From the IMG/VR virus record IMGVR_UViG_3300044796_000657, positions 310,001 through 374,000 of that record: 64,000 bases of DNA, one strand, 5' to 3'. Below the pieces are notes generated by a model. The model saw nothing but the letters and a program-made list of their open reading frames with translations, ran no database searches and was not told where the DNA came from. Shown here in pieces: positions 1-8,350 of this stretch. Each line of letters opens with the position of its first letter. The stretch's first letter is position 1. Position numbers and translations under genes: made by a program.

Positions 1-1270
1 ATGAAAAATTACCTTCAATATTCGTATTTCCAAAAGCACCTTCAACATTTTGAGCAACAGAGCCAGTTGTGCCATCTTCATTAATGTTTACTGTAAACGG
101 ACTATTGGCTTCAACGGCGATCTTAAAGTTCGTAACGGTTTCGGCAAGAGTCCCACCGATTGTTACACCATATGTTCCTCCTGTAATGCTTTCATTATTA
201 TCAAATTCAAAGACATATTGTTCACCATTGGTATCTTGAAAACTGACGCCATAACCATCTACTACGCTTTGACGACTAAAATCAAACTCTGCCGAAGCAG
301 GCGCAAGTGCATCACTGAAATGATTGTTGTTTCCAATCAACATAATATTGGTATAAGTGTCACCGATGACATTAACATCCTCGCCTCCGTTGAGATTGTT
401 AATGTTGATAGCATCGAGAATATCGCCGCCGTTCATATTTAGAACACCAGCAGGGTCTTCGTCTGCCCCTTTCATGATCAAGGCACTAATATTGTGAAGA
501 TAACTAACTCCGGCCCCGCCACACGATTCTACACCACCAACAAATGCTATGCCCGGCGTATAAATTCCCGATCCAAATTGGAATGTTTCTTGATCGGAAT
601 TAAAACTGACTATGGACTCTTCACCCGCACCAAAAACAAGTGTGGGTGTTTGAACTAGATCAAAAGCCACTTGATCGGTCGTATTCAAACTTTGATCAAA
701 TGAGTCCCCACCACCGCCTCCACCTGTTGCTGCCCATGAAGTTGTCGTGCCGTTAGTAGTCAAGAACTGTCCACTGTGTCCGGTTTGTGTTGGAAAAATA
801 CCGGCAGCATCACCCGTAATATTCAAATGATGAACATCTAGTGTTCCTGTATAAGTCCCATTGTTGCCACTTAAAGTATCAGCCATCAATTGGCCATCCA
901 CACCGGCATTATTGCTGACAACGAGATTGTTAAACGTGACGTCATCGGTTGTATTCAAATCCTGATCAAACGAACTGCCACCACCACTAATGGTTTTGAA
1001 TATGATTGTTTCACTTTCAGAATCATATGCCAAAACTCTATTGTTTGCTTTATTGGACGTATCAACGTTAATACCGTCAATGGTATTATCATCTACGGTT
1101 TTGAATTCTATCGCTTGCGTATCAGCGTTATAGAATAAGACTTTTCCGTCACCCTTGTTTGTAACATCAATCTTTATCCCTTTGATAAAATTTGCATCCG
1201 TTCTATTGGTGGATGCAAACTTAAGAGTTATAAATGGAACATAGGCGCCGTTGAGAAAATACATTGTCAT
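1..1270 (-). CDS. Tail fibre / receptor-binding-like virion protein, 3'-partial (runs off the window start; absent from the ORF track)
   Basis: Manual translation from ATG at 1270 (MTMYFLNGAYVPFITLKF...) stays open to position 1. It is Gly/Thr/Asn-rich with a repeated motif SFDQDLNTTDDVTF / SFDQSLNTTDQVAF and a GGGGGG linker. Confidence 0.7.
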   Translation of the reverse strand, partial: MTMYFLNGAYVPFITLKFASTNRTDANFIKGIKIDVTNKGDGKVLFYNADTQAIEFKTVDDNTIDGINVDTSNKANNRVLAYDSESETIIFKTISGGGSSFDQDLNTTDDVTFNNLVVSNNAGVDGQLMADTLSGNNGTYTGTLDVHHLNITGDAAGIFPTQTGHSGQFLTTNGTTTSWAATGGGGGGDSFDQSLNTTDQVAFDLVQTPTLVFGAGEESIVSFNSDQETFQFGSGIYTPGIAFVGGVESCGGAGVSYLHNISALIMKGADEDPAGVLNMNGGDILDAININNLNGGEDVNVIGDTYTNIMLIGNNNHFSDALAPASAEFDFSRQSVVDGYGVSFQDTNGEQYVFEFDNNESITGGTYGVTIGGTLAETVTNFKIAVEANSPFTVNINEDGTTGSVAQNVEGAFGNTNIEGNFS

Positions 1271-1331
1271 AGTAAGATATTTACTTTTTTTTACTCAATA
1301 TCCTAGAAAAAGTTTTTTAGAGGTGTTGCCA

Positions 1332-1835
1332 ATGGATTATCTGAAAATGGGATTAGTGATGATTCCCGACTTTATCACCGAGGATGAAGAAAAAGCCATT
1401 ATGTCTCATATCATTAAGGCAAAAGCAACTAAAAGTAAAAGTCGAAATACCATTAAACGTTTCGGTTCTAGTTTGCCTTACAAAAGTAATATGGCATCTA
1501 AAGTCATCCCGCCTTTTTTAGACGCAATTGCCAGCAAGCTTTACGATCAAAACTTATTAACTGCAAAGCCCGATTCCGTAACGATCAACGAGTACTTTCC
1601 CGGCCAAGGGATTGCACCGCATATCGATAGCAAGAGCAGCGGCGACATTATTACTATTTTAAGTTTGTTGGGATCTGCTAAAATGGATTTCGTGAAAGGT
1701 GATAAAAAGTTCAGTATCGATTATCCCGCACGCTGCTTGTTGCAGATGAAAGATGAAATTCGATATTCTTGGATGCACTCAATCTTAAAAGTTAATGAAA
1801 TACGATATTCCCTTGTTTTTCGCAAGGGAACTTAA
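1332..1835 (+). CDS. alkB: AlkB-family 2OG-Fe(II) dioxygenase
   Basis: NEYFPGQGIAPHID (HxD), WMHSI and RYSLVFR motifs. The likely start is ATG 1332 rather than 1251. Confidence 0.85.
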   Translation: MDYLKMGLVMIPDFITEDEEKAIMSHIIKAKATKSKSRNTIKRFGSSLPYKSNMASKVIPPFLDAIASKLYDQNLLTAKPDSVTINEYFPGQGIAPHIDSKSSGDIITILSLLGSAKMDFVKGDKKFSIDYPARCLLQMKDEIRYSWMHSILKVNEIRYSLVFRKGT

Positions 1836-1836
1836 T

Positions 1837-2094
1837 TCATATTAACCATTGATGCGGTTTGGCAGCAAGTTTGGGCTTTGTTAATGTTGGCGACACTTCG
1901 GTTTGAAGGGTTGGCGTATGCTCAATGTTTGGTGTAATAATTGGCGAAGGTGTGGGTTGTTTGAATGGATCGCCGTAAATTGCACAATGCAGTACACCGA
2001 ATAATACAACCAAAACAACCATAATCAAAAAAATGACAGGTGCGGGTCGTAATTGCGGTGGTCTGACGCCGGGATCATAACTCCATAATTTCAT
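1837..2094 (-). CDS. Small membrane protein, hypothetical
   Basis: One hydrophobic helix (VIFLIMVVLVVLFGVLHCAIY) followed by a P/T-rich tail. Confidence 0.55.
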   Translation of the reverse strand: MKLWSYDPGVRPPQLRPAPVIFLIMVVLVVLFGVLHCAIYGDPFKQPTPSPIITPNIEHTPTLQTEVSPTLTKPKLAAKPHQWLI

Positions 2095-2143
2095 TTTGAA
2101 TCTCCAAAGTGTAACTAATTTACATAGATGAATTTATTTAAGT

Positions 2144-3097
2144 TTGATGAAGGATAATACGATGATTGATGCGAAAGATATGCAAGAAAAGATGGCTCTC
2201 TGGGAAAAAACTGGCCTTCTCAAAGGTCTTTCTGACGATAAAAAATTGGCAGTTTCAATTTTGATGGAAAATCAAAGGGTTTTAAATGAAAGCCATGACG
2301 ATCAATCAGTGAAACGCTTCAATATACCTCTTGTTAGAAGATGGGTTGGTAATACCGTCTTATTTGATTTAGTGTCAGTCCAAGCATTGACAGAAGCCAA
2401 TTCTGAAATTTACCATTTTAGCAAAAACACGTTAATATCTTCGGAAGTCAAAACGACACCTCGAAAAATGAAAACGTCTTGGAGTCTTGAAGCCACTCAA
2501 TCATTACGATCATGTAACGGTATTGATGCCGAGATGGACTTGTTGAGCATTATAGCAGCAGAACTTACACTAGAAGTTGATCGTTCCGTTATTAGCGAAA
2601 TGCGAATTAACGCTGCTTTACATAAAAAGATAAACTTTAAGTATCTGTCAGGAACATATCAAGAAAAAAATGAAATTGTCAAACAGCAAATTTACAATGT
2701 CGGCAAAGAATCCAGTGAAATGTATGGTCGCTCTTTCCCCAATTGGATGATCTGCTCTCCTGAAATGAGAGAATCTGTCGGTAATAATACCAGCAAAAAA
2801 ACTCGTTCGTGGAATTTGGGGGTTCGGAAAGAAGGGGTCTTTGAGTTTGAAGATGCCACTATTAATATTTACAGCGATCCCCTTTTCCCTGTTGGTACAG
2901 TTCTCCTTGGATACAAAGGTGAACACGTATGCGACTCAGGTTATGTGTTTGCCCCGCACTTGATGGTTCAGGCATCACCCGTAGTTCTTGATCCTGATGA
3001 CTTTGTCCCACGACGACAGTTACTCAGCCAATTCAGCGGCAACCTCATTAATCCCACTTATTATTCCACTTTGGAAGTTAAAGATTTTCTCGCCTAA
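2144..3097 (+). CDS. Short, divergent T4 gp23-like major capsid protein paralogue
   Basis: gp23-like motifs WEKTGLL, ILMENQ, IPLVRR, VSVQ, RKMKTSWSLE, GIDAEMDL...EVDRSVI and GYKG...DSGYVFAPH. The start is possibly ATG 2162. Confidence 0.8.
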   Translation: MMKDNTMIDAKDMQEKMALWEKTGLLKGLSDDKKLAVSILMENQRVLNESHDDQSVKRFNIPLVRRWVGNTVLFDLVSVQALTEANSEIYHFSKNTLISSEVKTTPRKMKTSWSLEATQSLRSCNGIDAEMDLLSIIAAELTLEVDRSVISEMRINAALHKKINFKYLSGTYQEKNEIVKQQIYNVGKESSEMYGRSFPNWMICSPEMRESVGNNTSKKTRSWNLGVRKEGVFEFEDATINIYSDPLFPVGTVLLGYKGEHVCDSGYVFAPHLMVQASPVVLDPDDFVPRRQLLSQFSGNLINPTYYSTLEVKDFLA

Positions 3098-3882
3098 TGA
3101 GATATGAGCAAAAAGATGCGCTAGATAGGTTTTATACCAACCGTGAAACTGCCTCTCGTTGTGTATCGTTGCTTGATTTAACACAGTATGAATTGATTGT
3201 AGAACCATCAGCGGGGGATGGTTCTTTTGTGGATGCTATCAAAGTATCCCACTTGATTGCCTTGGACATCAACCCCGGTAGAGAAGATATTCAACAAGCC
3301 GATTTTTTTGACTTTACGACATCTATTGATGCTTCCAAAGTATTAGTCATAGGAAATCCGCCTTTTGGGAAACAAAACAGTCTGGCCTTAAAGTTCATCG
3401 CCCACGCTTCCAAGTGGGCGGATACAATTGCCTTCATTTTACCTTTGTCTTTTATGAAGCCATCGGTTCAAAATAAAATCAATCCGACATTTCATCTTTT
3501 TGTTTGTGAAGAGCTTCCGCCAATCAGCTTCTTATTTAATGGGGTGCCTTATGATGTGCCTTGCGTATTTCAGATTTGGCGAAAAGGTGAATTGCGAAAA
3601 CCGCAACGACCAGATACACCCATAGGGTTTGAATATACCAATTCCAATTATGGCAACGTTTGTGTGAGACGGGTTGGATATTATGCGGGCAAGGCATCCG
3701 ATGATATGACGAAAAACAAGGAATCTCATTTTTTCTTGAAAGTAGACACCAATAAGGTAGACACGGTTATTGCCGGGCTAAATCAACAAGTCTGGAATCA
3801 TAAAAACACCGTTGGGCCACGAACGGTATCTCGCTTCGATCTCAATCCCATTATTAATGGCATTCTCAAAGAAAATTGTTGA
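3097..3882 (+). CDS. N6-adenine DNA methyltransferase-like protein
   Basis: DRFYT, the SAM-binding motif VEPSAGDGSF and the catalytic motif GNPPF. Confidence 0.8.
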   Translation: MRYEQKDALDRFYTNRETASRCVSLLDLTQYELIVEPSAGDGSFVDAIKVSHLIALDINPGREDIQQADFFDFTTSIDASKVLVIGNPPFGKQNSLALKFIAHASKWADTIAFILPLSFMKPSVQNKINPTFHLFVCEELPPISFLFNGVPYDVPCVFQIWRKGELRKPQRPDTPIGFEYTNSNYGNVCVRRVGYYAGKASDDMTKNKESHFFLKVDTNKVDTVIAGLNQQVWNHKNTVGPRTVSRFDLNPIINGILKENC

Positions 3883-3907
3883 CAAGTGATATGGGATAGG
3901 TTATAGT
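3879..3907 (+). promoter_or_regulatory. Sigma70-type (early) promoter upstream of the SPFH pair
   Basis: TTGACA (3879-3884), a 17-nt spacer and TATAGT (3902-3907). Confidence 0.75.
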
Positions 3908-3952
3908 CTTTTGTAATCCGGGTTCTTTCTACCCGGCACACAGGAGAATCCC

Positions 3953-5563
3953 ATGAAGGATTGGATTGAGGCCAATGTCGGCAAGCTCATCGCTGCCGGT
4001 ATTGCCTTTGTACTGTTCGTGATTGTTGGTATCATCACTTACAGCAGTGTCCGCATCGACGTTCCGGCAGAACACATTGCCGTTTTGACACGGAATACCG
4101 GCGAAGACATCGATAACGGCGATGCGGTGGCACCTGATGCCAACCACAAAGGGCTGCAACTCGGTGTGTTAACCGAAGGCCGACACTTTTACAATCCGTA
4201 TTCGTGGTCGTCCAACGTCTACCCGATGATTACCATCCCTGACGGCAAGCTCGGCGTTCGCATCCGCCAATACGGGAAGAACCTTCCCTACGGCGACTTC
4301 CTTGCCACGCAGGAAGATCAGAAGGGTATCGTGCCCGAAGTGCTTCGCCCCGGACGCTATCCCATCAATGGCGTGATCAAGGGTGAAGAAGCCAAACGCC
4401 CCAAAAACGACTATGTGGAAATCATCGAGCTTTACACGCCGGTCACCATTCCCGCCGGATACCGTGGGGTGGTTGCCAATCTCGCCGGGCCGCTTCCCGA
4501 AAATCCCAACGTGATCCTCGTTCCAAAGGGTTGCCGTGGCGTTCAAGAGGAAACGCTCGATACGGGAACCTACTACCTGAACCCATACCTTCACCGTGTT
4601 AACGTTGTGGATTGCCGCTCGCAACGGTTCAATCTCGCCGAAACGGTAGACATGGGCTTTCCGAGCCGGGATGGATTTTGGGTGTCCCTCGACGGCATCA
4701 TCGAGTTCCGTGTCGATCCAGCCAAGGCCGCACATGTATTCGTCGTCTACAACGAAACCTCTAACGACAATGTCGCCGACTCCATCATCCACGACGAATT
4801 GATCCGCAAGGTCATCATGCCGAACGCCCGCTCATTCTGCCGACTGAAAGGGTCGGACAAGTCGGGCCGGGACTTCATCGGCGGCGAAACCCGGATTGAA
4901 TTCCAGAAAGATTTCCAAACGGCAATGGCGAAATCGTGCCGTCTCGAAGGCGTGGATGTCGTCCAAGCACTGATTACGAAGATTAACCCGCCGCAAGCAA
5001 TCGCCAAGCCGGTTCGGGATCGAGAAGTCGCCCACCAAAAGCAACAGCAATACGTGGAGCAGAAAAAGCAGCAAGTGGCCGAAGCGATGCTGGCGACGGA
5101 AAAGGCATTGATCGCCCAACGTCAAGCACTGGTCACAACGGAAACGACTGTGATACAGAACACGACCACTGCGAAGCAAAACCAGCAGGTGAAAGTCACC
5201 GAAGCAAATCGGGACTTGTCGGTTGGCAAGGCCGATCTCGAAGCAGCGAAGGATAAAGCCTCAGCGGTTCTTGCCGGGAAGAAAGCCGAAGCCGGGGTTA
5301 TCGACTTCCAAAATCTCGCTGATGCTGCCGGTTGGAAAACGGCGGTAGACGCATTGGGAGGCGATGGCGAAGCCTATGCCCGGTTCGTTCTCTACCAGAA
5401 GTTAGCACCGGCATTCAAGAAGATGATGGTTAACACTGGCGATAGCCCACTCATGAAAATCTTTGAGGGCTTCAACAAGGATAACCAAAAACCGGCACCA
5501 CCGGCAGGCGCACCGAAACCGGTTGCTGCATTGCCGGAACCGAAACCGCTCGAAAAGAAATAA
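3953..5563 (+). CDS. SPFH/band-7 domain membrane protein A (TM, three beta repeats, SPFH domain, coiled coil)
   Basis: N-terminal TM helix; repeats ending EGRHFYNPY, PGRYPING and TGTYYLNPY; SPFH core FPSRDGFWVSLDGIIEFRV; Ala/Gln/Lys-rich coiled coil. Confidence 0.85.
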   Translation: MKDWIEANVGKLIAAGIAFVLFVIVGIITYSSVRIDVPAEHIAVLTRNTGEDIDNGDAVAPDANHKGLQLGVLTEGRHFYNPYSWSSNVYPMITIPDGKLGVRIRQYGKNLPYGDFLATQEDQKGIVPEVLRPGRYPINGVIKGEEAKRPKNDYVEIIELYTPVTIPAGYRGVVANLAGPLPENPNVILVPKGCRGVQEETLDTGTYYLNPYLHRVNVVDCRSQRFNLAETVDMGFPSRDGFWVSLDGIIEFRVDPAKAAHVFVVYNETSNDNVADSIIHDELIRKVIMPNARSFCRLKGSDKSGRDFIGGETRIEFQKDFQTAMAKSCRLEGVDVVQALITKINPPQAIAKPVRDREVAHQKQQQYVEQKKQQVAEAMLATEKALIAQRQALVTTETTVIQNTTTAKQNQQVKVTEANRDLSVGKADLEAAKDKASAVLAGKKAEAGVIDFQNLADAAGWKTAVDALGGDGEAYARFVLYQKLAPAFKKMMVNTGDSPLMKIFEGFNKDNQKPAPPAGAPKPVAALPEPKPLEKK

Positions 5564-5614
5564 CCCTCACCCCACTCTTACTTTCCCCTTAACATTGAAA
5601 CAGGAGATTGCGTC

Positions 5615-7207
5615 GTGAACTGGAAACTCAAATTCGGCTTGCTTGGATTGCTCGCCGTGATGGTGATCTATGTCGGCGTGGATTGGCTTTGGAACCGGGT
5701 ACAAGTTCCAGACGGCCACAGCCTGCAACTGCGATACAAAGGTCCGATGTTCTTCGGTAAACACAATCAAGCCGAAGCAGGCAATTGGGCCAAAGAAGGC
5801 GAAGTCGGCATTTTGGAAAAACTCCGTGGGCCGGGCCGACACTTCTACTGCCCGATCTGGTGGGAACGTACGATTGTGCCGGATGTGATCGTCAAGCCGG
5901 GTGAAGTCGGCTTGGTGACGTGCAAGTTGGGTGCCTCCTTGCCAGAAGGCGAATTCCTCGTAGACGGCGAAATCGGGGATACGAAATTCAAGGGAACGCT
6001 TCGGAAGGTATTGGGGCCGGGTCGCTACCGGGTTAACCCTTACGGCTACGAAGTGAAAGTTGTTGGCACCCACACCATTGACTCTGGCAACGCCAAGAAG
6101 CAATCTGGTTGGGTTAACATTCCAACAGGATACGTCGGCGTCGTTTCCAACTTGGCTGACAATCCGATTACTCACCAGAAAACCGGCATTCAAGACAAGG
6201 TTCTGCCTCCCGGCCTGTATCCGATGAATCCGGCTGAACAACACGTGGACGTTGTGGAAATCGGCTTCCACGAAACCCACATTGACATTACCAGCGGTGG
6301 AAAGAACACGCTGGAAATGGCCAAGGCGGATGAAGAAGGAAATAACCTCGATGCGACATTGACCGGGGGTATTAACTTCCCATCAGCGGACGGGTTCAGC
6401 ATCACGATGGACTATACGGCAGTGTGGGGGCTGATGCCAAATCAAGCCCCGAATGCTATCCGCAAGTTCGGCAACGTCGGCCTTGTGGAGCAGAAGGTGG
6501 TGTTGCCACAAATCGAATCGATCTGCCGCAACAATGGTTCCGAATATCCGGCAGTGAAGCTGTTGGTCGGCGAACAGCGAGAAATCTTCCAGAACAAGAC
6601 TCTGACTGAATTCCAAGCTGTTCTGGCAGCAAAAGACATTACCTTACTCTACGGATTGGTACGGCACATCTATATTCCAACAGATGTTCGCCGTCCTATT
6701 CAAACGGCATACATTGCCGACGAGTTGAAGCTGACACGGGAAGTGGAACAGCTAACGGCCAAAAAGGAAGCCGAATTGCGGGAAGCAGAGCGAAAGGTTG
6801 AACAGGCAACACTCGAAACCAACGCTCTGACGACGAAGTTGGTTGCCGAAAAATTGGCAGACGGTGACAAGATAGTTGCCGAAACGGACGCCGAAACCCG
6901 GAAGCTGGTTGCCACAATTAACAAGCAAACCGCCGAATTGAAGGCGCAAGCGACACTTGTGGCAGGGCAAGCGGAAGGTGAAGGCAAGATGGCTATCGAG
7001 ACGGCGAAAGCCAGCAAGTTCAAGATGGCTGTGACCGCCTTTGGAACACCCGCTGCCTACAATAATTGGGTGTTCGCTACCGCTCTGCCCGATGGATTGG
7101 AATTGAACCTGTTCTATTCGGGCACCGGAACCCTGTGGACGGACTTGAACGGCGGTAAGTTCAACATTAACGTGCCAGCACCGGCAGCAGAAGCTCCGAA
7201 GAAGTAA
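5615..7207 (+). CDS. SPFH/band-7 domain membrane protein B, paralogue of A
   Basis: TM helix; repeats PGRHFYCPIW, PGRYRVNPY and PGLYPMNP; core FPSADGFSITMDYTAVW; coiled coil. Confidence 0.85.
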   Translation: MNWKLKFGLLGLLAVMVIYVGVDWLWNRVQVPDGHSLQLRYKGPMFFGKHNQAEAGNWAKEGEVGILEKLRGPGRHFYCPIWWERTIVPDVIVKPGEVGLVTCKLGASLPEGEFLVDGEIGDTKFKGTLRKVLGPGRYRVNPYGYEVKVVGTHTIDSGNAKKQSGWVNIPTGYVGVVSNLADNPITHQKTGIQDKVLPPGLYPMNPAEQHVDVVEIGFHETHIDITSGGKNTLEMAKADEEGNNLDATLTGGINFPSADGFSITMDYTAVWGLMPNQAPNAIRKFGNVGLVEQKVVLPQIESICRNNGSEYPAVKLLVGEQREIFQNKTLTEFQAVLAAKDITLLYGLVRHIYIPTDVRRPIQTAYIADELKLTREVEQLTAKKEAELREAERKVEQATLETNALTTKLVAEKLADGDKIVAETDAETRKLVATINKQTAELKAQATLVAGQAEGEGKMAIETAKASKFKMAVTAFGTPAAYNNWVFATALPDGLELNLFYSGTGTLWTDLNGGKFNINVPAPAAEAPKK

Positions 7208-7210
7208 TCC

Positions 7211-7702
7211 GTGTCATGTTGCCGGGGTAGCAATACCCCGGCGTTTTTTCCACCTTCAATTTTAGGCTTCATCATGCGATGGCAACCATATCTGACAAAT
7301 GCCTCGGTGGCTTCCATTACTTCCGCATCCATTAAGCTAGATGCGGAGCATTATGGAGAATGGTTTAAGGATTTGGACAATCCTACGGATGAAGAGGTCG
7401 CCAATTACTTTCGCCACTTCTTTTCTGGTATGAGTGATGAGTGGGAAATTCCTATCAATGGCAATTTCCGCATCGATAAATTCGAAGGCGAGTTGGATGA
7501 TCTTCCAAAAGGAACAGTTGTCCAAGAGGGCAAAGAGGAAATGAAGCGACTAGATGTTAATAAAATTCAAGTCATCATAGATGGCGAAATTTACATCCTC
7601 GAAGCCGCTGCTCCAATCCGAGCCAAACGAGTTGATGCCGAACAAGAAGAAACAGAAACAAAGCCTCTCAAGCAAAAAGCAATGGAACCGCCTTACGAGT
7701 GA
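7211..7702 (+). CDS. Hypothetical acidic protein (true start probably downstream, near 7274)
   Basis: Long ORF with protein-like composition; its 5' end overlaps the terminator. Confidence 0.55.
   Translation: MSCCRGSNTPAFFPPSILGFIMRWQPYLTNASVASITSASIKLDAEHYGEWFKDLDNPTDEEVANYFRHFFSGMSDEWEIPINGNFRIDKFEGELDDLPKGTVVQEGKEEMKRLDVNKIQVIIDGEIYILEAAAPIRAKRVDAEQEETETKPLKQKAMEPPYE
7221..7249 (+). terminator. Intrinsic terminator closing the SPFH unit
   Basis: GCCGGGGTA-GCAA-TACCCCGGC stem-loop followed by a T-tract. Confidence 0.8.
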
Positions 7703-7738
7703 CCATACACCACTTATCACAACTAATGGACTAAAAAA

Positions 7739-8350
7739 ATGGGCTTCTCCTTCATCATTGATACCGACAAATACGCAGGTAATTTTGAACGAGAAATCTG
7801 TGCTTTTGTCACGGGTCGTATCGGTGAAGACGGCGTTGGTGAAGAAGAAGGCACCCAATACATCAAAGACGGCTACGATCCATTGGAATTTGTTGAGAAC
7901 CGCTTTGATGAAGATGATCTTGAGGATGATACATATCGACCAGTTAATGTTTATCCTACACCGGGATGGTTCAACCACGGACTAGGCAAAGAATTCAAAG
8001 ACGGGGAAGAGGAAAAGGCTCTCAAAATACTCAAGCAGGATGCTGCCGATAACTGCAAGAAGCAAAATGATAAAATCAAAAATTATAAGCATTGGCCACT
8101 GGAGTCACGGGAACAATCTATCAAGCAAAATACAGAAACAATGCTTGCGGTTGTTCAGCGTGAAACCATCATCAAGTACCCCGCCTATCTATCGGTAGCC
8201 ATTTTTTGCAGCCGTCAACCTACCACAGACGAAATGTTTTTCATGCAAGAGCGGGCCAGACTCTATGTCAAAGACCGTAATATTAACATCAGTGGTTTCC
8301 GTTTACTTGTTGATTCCAAGCCGGAACTTATCAACGAGAAGGACATGTAG
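7739..8350 (+). CDS. Hypothetical protein
   Basis: 203-aa ORF with no recognised motif. Confidence 0.6.
   Translation: MGFSFIIDTDKYAGNFEREICAFVTGRIGEDGVGEEEGTQYIKDGYDPLEFVENRFDEDDLEDDTYRPVNVYPTPGWFNHGLGKEFKDGEEEKALKILKQDAADNCKKQNDKIKNYKHWPLESREQSIKQNTETMLAVVQRETIIKYPAYLSVAIFCSRQPTTDEMFFMQERARLYVKDRNINISGFRLLVDSKPELINEKDM

Noticed and set aside
50-1138. Plus-strand ORFs 50-442 and 890-1138
   Set aside because: Antisense shadows of the minus-strand tail-fibre gene.
1191-1221. Inverted repeat TTTGCATCC...GGATGCAAA
   Set aside because: It lies inside the tail-fibre coding sequence, has no U-tract and has no second copy; probably incidental.
4169-7023. Long antisense ORFs (4169-4792, 5567-6280, 6700-7023 and others) opposite the SPFH genes
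   Set aside because: These are shadow ORFs expected from GC-rich, biased codon use. They have no motifs, promoter or ribosome-binding site.
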